In this document: in pieces, positions 36,817 through 47,900 of the stretch | Layout: every line of letters begins with the position of its first letter | Numbering within the stretch: the stretch's first letter is position 1 | Source: Rebecca billardiae RCC1528 | Taxonomy: Eukaryota; Protista; Haptophyta | Length of the DNA: 64,000 nt | Direction of reading: 5' to 3' | Assembly: GCA_965240325.2 (NCBI GenBank) | Contig: OZ251231.1 | Span: 1,364,001 to 1,428,000, forward strand | The notes under the pieces: model-generated | The model's database searches: none | Told to the model about the DNA's origin: nothing | Seen by the model: only the letters and a program-made list of their open reading frames with translations | Position numbers and translations under genes: made by a program

Positions 36817-37278
36817 GGGGCGATGGCCGACGCGACGGGAGTGGTGGGTTTGGCAGTCCGCGGTGGTTATCGCGTTATGACTGCCGCGTCGCTGCTCCGC
36901 CGCCGTCCGTGCCCCTCCCCGCTAGGTGGGCATATACCTGGCCGGACGCGGGTTCGGCGCTCGCAGCGGCATCGCCGGAGTGACCGGACGGTGACGAGAT
37001 GTGAGTCGGAAGCAGCTCGCCTTTGCGGCGCGGGTACCAAGCGGAAAGTGAGCGTACCTGCAGGCGGGCCGACCCTCGGCGTGACAGGCGCACCTTCGGG
37101 GCCGGTCAGGGCAGCCCACGTCGTGCAGCCGACCGCTTCCGCCGCGACTGCCCCCCGGCGCACCCTGCCCCGGCCGACGCCTGAGCACAGCGGCCCCGCC
37201 CGGGCCCGGGGCCCCCGGGCGGCAGGCCGCGGCGGCGCCGGCACACTCACGGACAGCCAGCGGCGCTCCTCCGCCTCC
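36817..37278 (+). repeat. 462-bp direct repeat, copy 1
   Basis: Identical by eye to 41022-41483 (offset 4205; ORF translations are identical). Confidence 0.93.
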
Positions 37279-37579
37279 TTCGCTCCCCGTTCCTCGTTGT
37301 CCCCCCCTGGCGTGGTGCGCGTGCATCACGCTCGAACTCTCACGATGCTGCTTCGGCGTCCTTCTGCGGCGGCATCCGACGGTCGTGCGCACTGCGAGGC
37401 GGAGCGCGAGGTGCTGGGCACTGCCGTCCGTCGTGCTCCCTCCTCCTCATGGCCCACTGCTTTACTCGAGGGGAACGCTCAGCGCCTTCTGCTTCTCTCA
37501 TCCGCTCGTGCGCGACCACGCTTGTGCTGGGTGTCCTTCTGAGGCGTCCGGTGGCCGGGCGCACATCGGGGGGCGCACA

Positions 37580-38393
37580 TCGGGGTGGTAAGTGAGGTGC
37601 CGGTGCGCTGCCGTCCGTCGGGCGCGCTCCTCGCTCATCTCCACCTGCTTCGCTCGAGCGTGGGCGCGCTCGGCGCTGTCTGCCTCGCTCGCGCGCGAGC
37701 GCATTTTGGCGCTGGACGAGACTCGTGCGCATCCATGCTGCTTCTGCGTCCATCGGCAGCGTCCGGCGGCTGGGCGCACGGCGGGGCGGCGCCAGCGGGC
37801 GTGTGTCGGGCACGCTCCACGCTCCTCACCAGCTGCTGCGCGCTCGCGGGGGCGCGCTCAACAACACGCTCCTCACCAGCTGCTGCGCGCTCGCGGGGGC
37901 GCGCTCAACAACACCTTCTGCCCTTCGTCCGAGCTGGAGCGCATGTCGGCGGCGCGGGCAGTGAGCGCACACATGCTGCTTCGGAACGTCGGGGTGGTAA
38001 GTGAGGTGCCGGTGCGCTGCCGTCCGTCGGGCGCGCTCCTCGCTCATCTCCACCTGCTTCGCTCGAGCGTGGGCGCGCTCGGCACTGTCTACCTCGCTCG
38101 CGCGCGAGCGCATTTTGGCGCTGGACGAGACTCGTGCGCATCCATGCTGCTTCTGCGTCCATCGGCAGCGTCCGGCGGCTGGGCGCACGGCGGGGCGGCG
38201 CCAGCGGGCGTGTGTCGGGCACGCTCCACGCTCCTCACCAGCTGCTGCGCGCTCGAGGGGGTGCGCTCAACAACACGCTCCTCACCAGCTGCTGCGCGCT
38301 CGCGGGGGCGCGCTCAACAACACCTTCTGCCCTTCGTCCGAGCTGGAGCGCATGTCGGCGGCGCGGGCAGTGAGCGCACACATGCTACTTCGG
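37580..38393. repeat. 409-bp tandem duplication
   Basis: 37580-37984 matches 37989-38393 almost exactly. Confidence 0.92.
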
Positions 38394-38714
38394 CGTCCCG
38401 TTCTCGGCCATCTGTTGGGCGGCCGGCGGGGCGGCGCGTGAGGTGTCGTTGCGCTGTCGTCCGTCGGGCACACTCGTCGCTCATCACCTTCTACTTCGCT
38501 TGAGCGGAACCGCGCGCTTCATCACCTTCGATCTGCCCCCCGCTCGAGCGAGCGCGCTTCTTCGGCGCGGGCCCCTCGGGGCGCAACAGCGGAGCCGCGC
38601 GCGCTCCGCGTGTTCGCGCTCGCCGCACGCCGCTGCCGCGCTGCAAGCACGCCGCCGCCACTCGCCGCCGCACGACTCACCCTTCTCTACAGCTCGCCGT
38701 CGCTCACTCGCGCG

Positions 38715-38792
38715 TCTATCTGTCTATCTATCTGTCTATCTATCTGTCTATCTGTCTATCTGTCTATCTGTCTATCTGTCTATCTGTCTATC
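38715..38792. repeat. (TCTA/TCTG)n microsatellite
   Basis: Direct reading. Confidence 0.9.
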
Positions 38793-38845
38793 CCTCGCGC
38801 GCGCGCCGATCATCATGCGCCGATCATCGTGTGCGCACCCTATCT

Positions 38846-39340
38846 TCTCCGCGCGTCACTTGCGCCTATCTCATCTCCGCGCGTTACTTGCGCCTACTAT
38901 CTACTTCTCCGCGCGTTACTTGCGCCTGTCTCCGCGCGTCACTTGCGCCTATCTACTTCTCCGCGCGTTACTTGCGCCTACTATATCTACTTCCCCACGC
39001 GTTACTTGCGCCTGTCTCCGCGCGTTACTTGCGCCTATACCTCCTCCGCGCGTTACTTGCGCCTATACTATCTACTTCTCCGCGCGTTACTTGCGCCTGT
39101 CTCCGCGCGTTACTTGCGCCTACTATATCTTCTCCGCGCGTTTACTTGCGCCTATCTTCTCCGCGCGTTACTTGCGCCTGTCTCCGCGCGTTACTTGCGC
39201 CTACTATATCTTCTCCGCGCGTTACTTGCGCCTATCTTCTCCGCGCGTTACTTGCGCCTATCTCCTCCGCGCGTTACTTACGCCTATGCCCTCCGCGCCT
39301 ATCGTCTCCGCGCGCATCTTATTCTCCGCGCGTCACTCGC
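38846..39340. repeat. Minisatellite with constant 20-mer CTCCGCGCGTTACTTGCGCC and 3-14-nt linkers
   Basis: About 16 copies plus degenerate ones; the linkers TGT, TATCTT and TACTATCTACTT recur. Confidence 0.92.
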
Positions 39341-41021
39341 ACCTGTCTTCTCATGCGCGCGCGCCGATCATCATCATGTGCGCGCGCCGATCATCACTTC
39401 GTGCTCAGCGTAACCATCGCATCATCATCCGGGTGCCGAGCGTGCCATCATCGCACACACCTTTCGGCGCGCTTACATGGGCGTACGTGGTGTCTGTGGC
39501 CGGGGCGTGGGGGACGACGTCGTCGGCGGGCTGGCGTTGATACCCGCGCGCGCCGATCATCATTCGTGCTCCGCGCAATAACCATCATCATCATTCGGGT
39601 GCCGAGTGCGCCATCCTCGCGCGCACCTTTCGGCGCGCTTACATGGGTGTACGTGGTGTCTGTGGCCGGGGTGTCGGGGACGACGTTGTCGGCGGGCCGG
39701 CGTTGATACCTGCGCCGCGTGGCGGCTCTGGCGGATGCAGCTCTCGCCGGTCGGCTGCCACTGCAGCGGGGCGCGCGCGCTGCTGGGCGTTTTCGGGCGC
39801 GAAAAGCGACGTGGCCCGCTGGCCACCTGCGGCGCTTTCACCTGGCCTTGGTCTTCCTCGCTCGTCACCTTCTGCGTCGCTCGAGCGCGGACGCGCTCAT
39901 CATCGTCAATCACCTCCTGTCTATCGCTCGAACCGCTGCTTTCCGTTCCGTTCCGTTTCTACGCGCGTTCCTTTCCTCACGCCGAGCGTGCCTGGCCCTT
40001 CCCGCCACGCGCCACGCGTTCCTCTCCCATTCCTGTGCCATCTTCCTCACTCATCACCTCCTGCTTCGCTCGAGCGCTCGAACGTGGTCGCGTTCATCGT
40101 CAATCGCCTTGTGCCTCTCGCGCGAGCCGTTGCGGCGAATTCGTCACGCGCGCGCATGGTCATGCGCGCGCGCCGATCATCGCGTGACGATCATCATGCG
40201 CGCGCACCGACCAGCGCCGATCATCATGCGCGCGCGCCGTCATGCGCGCGCGCCGAGTATCATGCGCCGTTTATCATGCGCGCGCTCCGATCCGCCCGCG
40301 CGCGCACCGCTCATCGTGCGCGCGCACCGATCGTCATTCGTGCGCCGCACGGCCATCACCATTCGCGCACCGTGCGCGTCACCTCGCACGCCCCTTTTCG
40401 GCGCGCTTTCACGGGCGCTCGTGCGGTCTGCAGGCGCGTGGTTGACGACGTTGTCGGCAAGCCGACGTCGATACCTGCGCCTCATGTCGGCTCGGGTGTG
40501 TTCCGCGACGGCTCGGGCGCATGCGCTCTCGCCGGCCGCCGGCGGCGGCGGCGGTGCGCGCGTGCTGCTGGGCGGTTTCGTCGGGCAAGTGGACGGCGTG
40601 GCCTGCGGGTCACCTGCAGCGCTTCGCCTGGCCTGTGCCGGCGCGCGACGACGGGCGGGTTACGCCAGTGGTCCTGTGGTCCGCCGGTCGCTGCGGGCTC
40701 TCGGCGACCTCTGGCAGGGGCTGAGCGCTGGGGGGGAGGGGGGGGGGCACCCAGTCCGCCGCTCCGCGGCCTCACACCGGCGGCGTGCGGCGTGGTGGTG
40801 GGCAGGGCGCTGCGCCTCTGGGGGTCGGGGCCGGGCCTGGCCTCGGCCGCGCCGGCCGACGCCGGCCACGCCGGCGTGGCGCCTGGCGCTGCGCCTCTTT
40901 GGGCGGGCGCTGCCTCGCCGCCCTGCCCCCCCCCGTGGCGACTGGCGGCCCCAGGCAACCCCTGCATCCGCCTATCGTAAACACCGGTTCGCCAGAAGGA
41001 GCGCGACGCGCGCGCGGTTAT

Positions 41022-41483
41022 GGGGCGATGGCCGACGCGACGGGAGTGGTGGGTTTGGCAGTCCGCGGTGGTTATCGCGTTATGACTGCCGCGTCGCTGC
41101 TCCGCCGCCGTCCGTGCCCCTCCCCGCTAGGTGGGCATATACCTGGCCGGACGCGGGTTCGGCGCTCGCAGCGGCATCGCCGGAGTGACCGGACGGTGAC
41201 GAGATGTGAGTCGGAAGCAGCTCGCCTTTGCGGCGCGGGTACCAAGCGGAAAGTGAGCGTACCTGCAGGCGGGCCGACCCTCGGCGTGACAGGCGCACCT
41301 TCGGGGCCGGTCAGGGCAGCCCACGTCGTGCAGCCGACCGCTTCCGCCGCGACTGCCCCCCGGCGCACCCTGCCCCGGCCGACGCCTGAGCACAGCGGCC
41401 CCGCCCGGGCCCGGGGCCCCCGGGCGGCAGGCCGCGGCGGCGCCGGCACACTCACGGACAGCCAGCGGCGCTCCTCCGCCTCC
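41022..41483 (+). repeat. 462-bp direct repeat, copy 2
   Basis: Identical by eye to 36817-37278. Confidence 0.93.
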
Positions 41484-41558
41484 CGCCCGCCCTCCCTGGC
41501 GTGGGATCGCCGCGCTGGGGTGGGTGCGGCTTGAGTCAGCGTCCACGGGGGGGGCGAT

Positions 41559-44174
41559 GTGCTGCCGGGCGGGCGCTGCCTCGCCGCCCACAAACTTGTA
41601 AAACGGAAGGGCGACGGCCGCCCCGCCGGACTCGAGCTCCAGAGCAGACGAGTTCATTCGTCGGGGGTCATTCGTCGGGGGGAGATTTCAGATTTGAAGC
41701 CAGGACTGGTGATGAGGCGCGGGCCCGCTCCGGCGGAGCGCGCGCGCGCTCGCGCGCGCGAGGCTTCTGTGGACAAGCTGGACGTCCTTCTCGCGCAGTC
41801 GATGGCGTCCGAATCGCTGGTCATCGCACAGCTCACCGCCCAGCCCGGCGCGGCCCCGAGGAGCCGCTCGAGGCGAGGCACGCCGCAGCCGTCGCTGCGG
41901 GACGGCGCTCGCGCACGTCGGGGCAGCGCGCGGCGTGCGCGCTCGCCTGCGGCACGCTCGACCCCTCTGAGCGCCAAGCTACCATCCTCCGTCGCCCTGC
42001 CACCCCTTGCCGCGCTCACGCACCTGTCCAGAGCGCGCGCGCTGCGCTCGTCCGAGGGCGCGGGCGAGACGACACGCCGCAGACCGGCACCCGCCCGGCA
42101 GCTGTCGCCTCCGACGCCGCCGACGCCCGAGCGCGAGGCCACGGGCTCGGCTCGTTTGCGCCCGCGAGCCGTGCCGCTGCCGCTCCAGCTCGCCCAGCCC
42201 GCCGCACCCGTGTCGGCGCTGCCGCCGCCGCTGCCGCCGCGCATGCGCGAGGTGGCGGCGCGGCGCGTGCGCGCGATCGCGGCGATCCAGGTGGCTGCAC
42301 GCCGGCGGGCGGCGGCACGGGAGGCCGCGGCCCTCGCACGCGCTCGTCTGGCGGCCGTCTTCATCCAGGCGCTCATCCGGGGCAACGCTGCGCGTGGCCT
42401 GTGCTGCCGGCTGCGCGCGGCCCACGACGCAGCCGCCGCGGACGCTCGGCGCACGCGGGGACGGCGCGCGGCGGCGGCCGCCGTCCAGCGTGCGTGGCGT
42501 GCGGCGTATCGGCACGCGGCTCGCGTCGCGGAGCTGTACGCTCGGGAGCGGCGATCCGCGGGTGCACGGCTGCTCGCCGCCGTGCTCGGCTGGCGCGCTC
42601 GCCGCGCTCGCCAGGCGCAGCGGCGCGCGCGCGCGGCAGCAACCATCCAGGCAGCACACAGGGCGAACGCGGAGCGCGCGTGCGCGTGGCGCGCGCGCGA
42701 GCGCGCGGCGGCGCTCGCCGCGCGCGCGGCAGCGGGCCGCGTGCTCGGCCGCGCGCTGCGCGCATTGCTGAGCGCTCGGGCCGAGCGGCGTCGGCGGGCC
42801 ATTCTCCGGCTGCGCGCCGCATGCGTGGGCGTGCGCGCGCGGCGCGCTGCGGCCGCGGCGCGCGAGCGTGAGCGCACTCGAGCAGCCGCGCGCATCCAAG
42901 CCCATTGGCGCTGCATGTGCCGGGCGCACGCGCGCGAGCGATGGCGGCTGCTTGCCGTGGCGCAGGCCGCGGCGAGTCGAGCGTGGCGCCGGCTACGCTC
43001 ACAGCTGCACGCCACGGCCGCGCGGCGCGCGGCCGCAGCGGAGCGGCTACAAGTGCGGGCGCGAGCGCTGCGCGCCGCGCGCGCCGCCGAGCGCGCGCGC
43101 GCCGCGCGCCGGCTGCATGCCGCGCGCCCGCCGGCGGCGCGGACGATCCAGCACGCCTGGCGCGAGCAGCGCGACGTGCGACGCGCGACACGTGCCGGCG
43201 CGGCGGTCACCGTGCAGAGCGCGTGGCGGGCGGTCCGTGCGCGCGCCTGCTGCTGGCACCTGCGCACACACCTGGCAGCCACCACCGTCCAAGCCACCTT
43301 CAGAGGCAACGGCGCGCGCGCGACGGCGCTTCGGCTGCGCGCGCTGCTCGCCTCGCCCCTGCTCGGCTCGCCGCCGCCGTGTTCTCGGCGGCCGCCGTCG
43401 CGCAGTGCCGAGCTCGCGCAAGCGCATGCCGATGAGCGGCGCTCCACGCGCCTGCCGCCGCGCAGCGCCCTCAAGCAGCCGGCATCGGCAGAGCCGGGCG
43501 GCGCGGCACTCTCTGCGGCTGCGACCGCGCTGCAGGCCCGAGTGCGCGGCAACAGCGCTCGCGGCGCGTGCTCGCGCATGCGCGCGGAGGGCGGCTGCGC
43601 GGGGTCTGCGTCGTCGCCCCGCCTCGAGCGCAGCGCGCACGCCAGCTCACGCTCGGCGCGCGGCGTGGCGCGACCATCAGACGCCGTCGCGCGCCGCCTC
43701 CCCTTTACGACGCTGCCGCCGCAGCCGCCGCCGCCCGCGGCGCGAGCGCCCGCGCCTTCGAGTGCGACGGGCGACTCCGACGCTCCGGCGCCGGCGCGGC
43801 GAGTGCCTCGGAGCGGCGGGAGGGCGGGCGCGGCGAGCGAGCCCGCCACGATGCTCCCTCGACGCGCGCACGCCGTGGCAGCCGCTCCCACCGCGCACCG
43901 CCACGGGCTCGCCGACGGCGCCGCCGGCCTCGGGTCGGCAGCAGATCTGACGGACGTCGCAGCTGCCCGCCCGCCGACGGTGCGCGGTGCCAGTGGGAGT
44001 GATGGCCAGCCGAGCGACGCGCCCGCCCACCGTGCTCCGCGTCGAACGGCCTCGCCGCCGGCGCGGACGCAGCAGCAGCAGCAGAGCAGCCCAGTGACTG
44101 CGCTGATGGCGGCGCTTCGCACGGCTGCAAGCTTGCGACAGCTACTGCCCGACCACAGCGAGTGGCCTGGATGA
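41559..44174 (+). CDS. Multi-IQ-motif calmodulin-binding protein (first in-frame ATG at 41712)
   Basis: IQVAARR, IQALIRG, VQRAWR, IQAAHR, IQAHWR, IQHAWR, VQSAWR, VQATFRG and LQARVRG motifs. Confidence 0.78.
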   Translation: MLPGGRCLAAHKLVKRKGDGRPAGLELQSRRVHSSGVIRRGEISDLKPGLVMRRGPAPAERARARAREASVDKLDVLLAQSMASESLVIAQLTAQPGAAPRSRSRRGTPQPSLRDGARARRGSARRARSPAARSTPLSAKLPSSVALPPLAALTHLSRARALRSSEGAGETTRRRPAPARQLSPPTPPTPEREATGSARLRPRAVPLPLQLAQPAAPVSALPPPLPPRMREVAARRVRAIAAIQVAARRRAAAREAAALARARLAAVFIQALIRGNAARGLCCRLRAAHDAAAADARRTRGRRAAAAAVQRAWRAAYRHAARVAELYARERRSAGARLLAAVLGWRARRARQAQRRARAAATIQAAHRANAERACAWRARERAAALAARAAAGRVLGRALRALLSARAERRRRAILRLRAACVGVRARRAAAAARERERTRAAARIQAHWRCMCRAHARERWRLLAVAQAAASRAWRRLRSQLHATAARRAAAAERLQVRARALRAARAAERARAARRLHAARPPAARTIQHAWREQRDVRRATRAGAAVTVQSAWRAVRARACCWHLRTHLAATTVQATFRGNGARATALRLRALLASPLLGSPPPCSRRPPSRSAELAQAHADERRSTRLPPRSALKQPASAEPGGAALSAAATALQARVRGNSARGACSRMRAEGGCAGSASSPRLERSAHASSRSARGVARPSDAVARRLPFTTLPPQPPPPAARAPAPSSATGDSDAPAPARRVPRSGGRAGAASEPATMLPRRAHAVAAAPTAHRHGLADGAAGLGSAADLTDVAAARPPTVRGASGSDGQPSDAPAHRAPRRTASPPARTQQQQQSSPVTALMAALRTAASLRQLLPDHSEWPG

Positions 44175-44751
44175 TCGAGCGCTACTTATTTATGCTGATG
44201 ACGATGCTTATTGTACATAGTTGTACATATCGTCGTCAGACGATATATGTCGTCACGACGATCGATTAACATCAGACTATACGACACTGCCGACTGCGAC
44301 ATCCACGGACATTCCACGATCAGTGACTGAGACTGAGTGTCAGTCAGTCTGAGTGTACTATTAACTATACGCGCGCCGCTGCGAGATACCGGCGTAACTA
44401 TGCATGATGCGCGTCGTCTGCTGCTACGATATCGATCAATAATTATAAATATAAATCATCGTCGCGCCGCGAGTCATATAGTCATATGCGCGCAGCGGAG
44501 CTGAAGCTCCAAATAATGCCGCCGCATATAATCGTCATGCAAATGCTCGTCCAATAACTACCCCGCCGGCCTATATTATTATTGATGATATTAGAGTAGT
44601 TATATATTACTATAATACAGTATATATATATATATATGCTGATGCGACATGATGTCATCAGCGACATGTATACTAATAATGGCTGTAGTGACGTAGCAGT
44701 CGCGAATTGATGAGCTAATAAGTAGCACTGATTCCGAGATCGCGATAGATG

Positions 44752-44784
<33 letters not shown>

Positions 44785-44964
44785 GCCGCCGCTGATGAGT
44801 GTCACGATTTACGATGATGATGATCATGCGCGCTCATGCTCATGCTGGCTGCGCTAGTGAGTGCGTGATGATGATGTGATATGAAGATGTTGATGACGCG
44901 AGTCTCCTCCCGCCTCCGGGCGAGCCCAGCACGGAGCACCCGTCGGCTCCGCGTCTCAGGCGCG

Positions 44965-47900
44965 CTAGGGCGCCACGCCCTTGAACGGCGCGCCGCCGTT
45001 GCCGGGCGCGCCGCCGCCGCCGCTGGCGCTCGCCGCCGCGCCGCCGCTGAGCCGCGCGCGCGAGGGCTGCGTGCCAAACATGCGGGCGGAGGCGGCGCGC
45101 ATGTTGTCCATGCGCCTGGGCGGCGAGGACGGCCGCGCCGCGCCGCTCTCCTCGTCGCCGCCGCTCGGCGCCGGCGGCTTGGCGGGCTTCGCGCCCGTCT
45201 TGGCCGGCGACGTTGGCGGCGACGCCGGCACCATCTTGGTGAGTGTGGCGGCGCTGAGCCCGTCGGCGCGCGACGCGTCTCGCTGCCGCACCATGTTGCG
45301 GACGAGGCGCATGCGCACGCCGGCCGAGCGCTTGCGCAGCCGCGCGCGCCGCTGCGACTCGAGCAGCGACTCGCGCAGCGCGTGCGCCACCTCGATCGTC
45401 GACGCGTGCATGTGCACGCCCGGCCGGAGCACCGGCGGGTGCGTCTCAAAGAGCACGCGCGCGAGCCCGTCCGCGCCCCACTTGGCCGGGACGAAGGAGC
45501 GGCGGATGTGCTCCCACGGCGCGTAGAGCGGGTCGTTGGTGTCATGCAGCAGCACGGGCAGCACCGGCAGCTTGGGCGGCAGCCCGTCGCCCACCGACGA
45601 CGACGCGTCCGTGCCGTCGTCCAGCTCCTCAGAGTCCGGCTCATCGCGGATGCCCGCGACGGCGCACGCGTTGGCAAGCGTGCGCGCGAGCTGCGGCGAG
45701 CGCGGCCAGATGAGGAGCACAGGGCCGTTGGTGTGCGCCTGCTGCGGCGGCTGGGAGCCGCCACCGCCGCCGCCGCCGAAGAGCCCGCGGCCGCTCGGCG
45801 CCTCCGACCGCTTCCCGCCCGCCTTACCCGCTTTACCCAGCTCGTACGGCGCGCACGCGCGCACGGGCTTGGTCAGCAGCGCGGCGATGTGGGCGAGCGG
45901 CCTGGGCTCGGCGTTGGCGACGTGTTCCTCGTCGCGCTCCTGCGTCGTGCAGGGCGGCGCGCGGCGCGGAGGAGGGCGCGCGGTGCGCGTGCGCGTGAGC
46001 GCGTGAGCGCGCACGCGCGGGGCGGGCGGGCGGGCCGCCGCGCCGCCGCTTCGTCCGTCTCGGTCGGCGCGCGGGCGTGTGCGCGCTGCGCCGCCTTTGG
46101 CTCAAAGCGCCGCGCCGCCGCGCGGCGGCCTCGGCGCAGCGCGCCCCCGCTCTCGCGCGGCGCGGCGGGCGCGGCGGGCGCGGCTTCGCACCTCGTAAAA
46201 CTCGCAGCGCACGGCGCGCACGCCCGAGGTGAGCAGCTGCGGCACCTGCGCGGGCGGCACGACGGTGGCGTCGTCGCGCCGCGCGGACGAGTTGCCGCCG
46301 GCGATGCTCGAGCGGCGCGCGGAGACACTCGGCCGGTGCGGGCCGGCGCGGCCCGGCGGCTGCGGCGGCTGCCGCGCGCCGCCGCCACCGCCGCCGCCGC
46401 CCTTCTCGGTGGCTGCCGGCTTGTCGGCGCCGCCGCCCTGCCGCCCGCCCCCGCCGCCGGGCGCGTGCGCCGCGTGGTGCGCGCCGCCCATCAGCAGCGC
46501 CGAGAGCGTCTTCATGTCGCGCTCCTGATACGCCGCCTTGATGCGCCCGAGCCGCCGCTGGTCGGTAACCACGACGCCGTAACCGAACGCGTCCGCGCGC
46601 AGCAGCAGCAGCGAGTTGCCGCCGGGGGGCGGCGGCGCGGAGCGGCCGGGCTGCGGCACGGCGGAGCCCGGCGCGGCGAACGTCGCGAGCAGCGGGTCCT
46701 CCTCGGGCGCGAAGCTCGCGGAGAGCTCCGCGGTGAGCGGCACGAGGTGGCCGAGCTCGGGCGGCGCGTCGAGCGCCGAGCCCGCGCCGCGGCCGCGCAG
46801 CCGGTTGGCGTAGGCGGTGAGCACGCTCGCGGCGCGCGCGAGCCACGGCGCGCGGCGCCAGAGCGGCGCGAGGCGCGCGTACCGCGTCGAGACGGCGTGC
46901 ACGGGGATCGACGCGGCCGCGTCCTCGCGCAGCAGCGCGTGCTCGAGCACGGCGCGCAGCGGCGCCGCCTCCGCCTCCTCCTTGTCCGCCTTGAGCCCGA
47001 TCTGCAGCGTGCGCGCCTCGCCCTCGATCTCGCCCAGGTGCGGCTTGAGCCCGCCCGCGCGGCGCAGCAGCTGCGCGGCGCGCAGGTGCTCCGCGATCGC
47101 GAGCGCGGAGGCGGAGAGGTACGCGTCCTCATCCTCCGGCCGGCCGCCCTGCGCGTGCCACGGGATCATCGCCGCGTCCGGCACCGCGTCCAGCAGCGCC
47201 GCCGCCGCCGCCGAGCCCGACTCGGCGCACTGCGCGCGCAGCTGCTCGATGGTCACGCCGCCGCGCGAGGGCTTGGCGACGTACACCACCACCACCTTCT
47301 TGTCCGGCGCGAGCTGCGCCGCCTGCAGCTGCGCGAGCGCGCCGCCGTCGGCGGTGAAGTAGCCGTCGGAGATGAGCACGATCACCGCGCGCGCCTGGTC
47401 CATCCGCTCGCGCCATTTCTTCCCGGACTGGCCGATCACGAGGTCCGGGACGAGTGCGCTCACGCGCTCGCGCAGCTCGTTGGCGGGCTGCTGCCCCGAG
47501 TGCCACGCGTACGAGAGGAACGCGTGGCACCCGCCGGCGACCTGCTCGTCGAGCCGCGTCGCGCGCATCCGCGTCTTGTCCAGCCGGTCGCGCAGCACGG
47601 GCAGCTGCCGCTCCTGGTACGCGCGCCAGGGCAGCAGCAGCACGGCGGTGAGCAGCACGAGCACAAAGATACCGGTCAGGTACGCGCCCAGAATAGACTC
47701 GTACAGCGAGAGCCGCAGCCCGCCCTCGAACAGCGCCTTGGCCGACCACGCGTCGAAGCCGGCGCGGAGCGAGAGATTGTCCGCACCCTCCGAGCCCGCG
47801 GTCAGGTGCACGGCGAGGGCGCCCACGAGCATCAGCTGCATCGCGAGCTGCGCGACGAGGACGGGGTCGTTGTCGAGCGCGGACTGGAGCGGCCGGATCC

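Noticed and set aside
38846-39340. CRISPR-like array
   Set aside because: The linkers are only 3-14 nt and recur rather than being unique. There is no leader or cas gene, and the context is eukaryotic.
38443-41188. ORFs of 267-489 aa inside the direct-repeat block
   Set aside because: They translate micro/minisatellites and low-complexity DNA with no recognisable protein features.
36817-41483. Canonical LTR retrotransposon
   Set aside because: No TG...CA termini, TSD, primer-binding site or gag/pol remnants were recognised.
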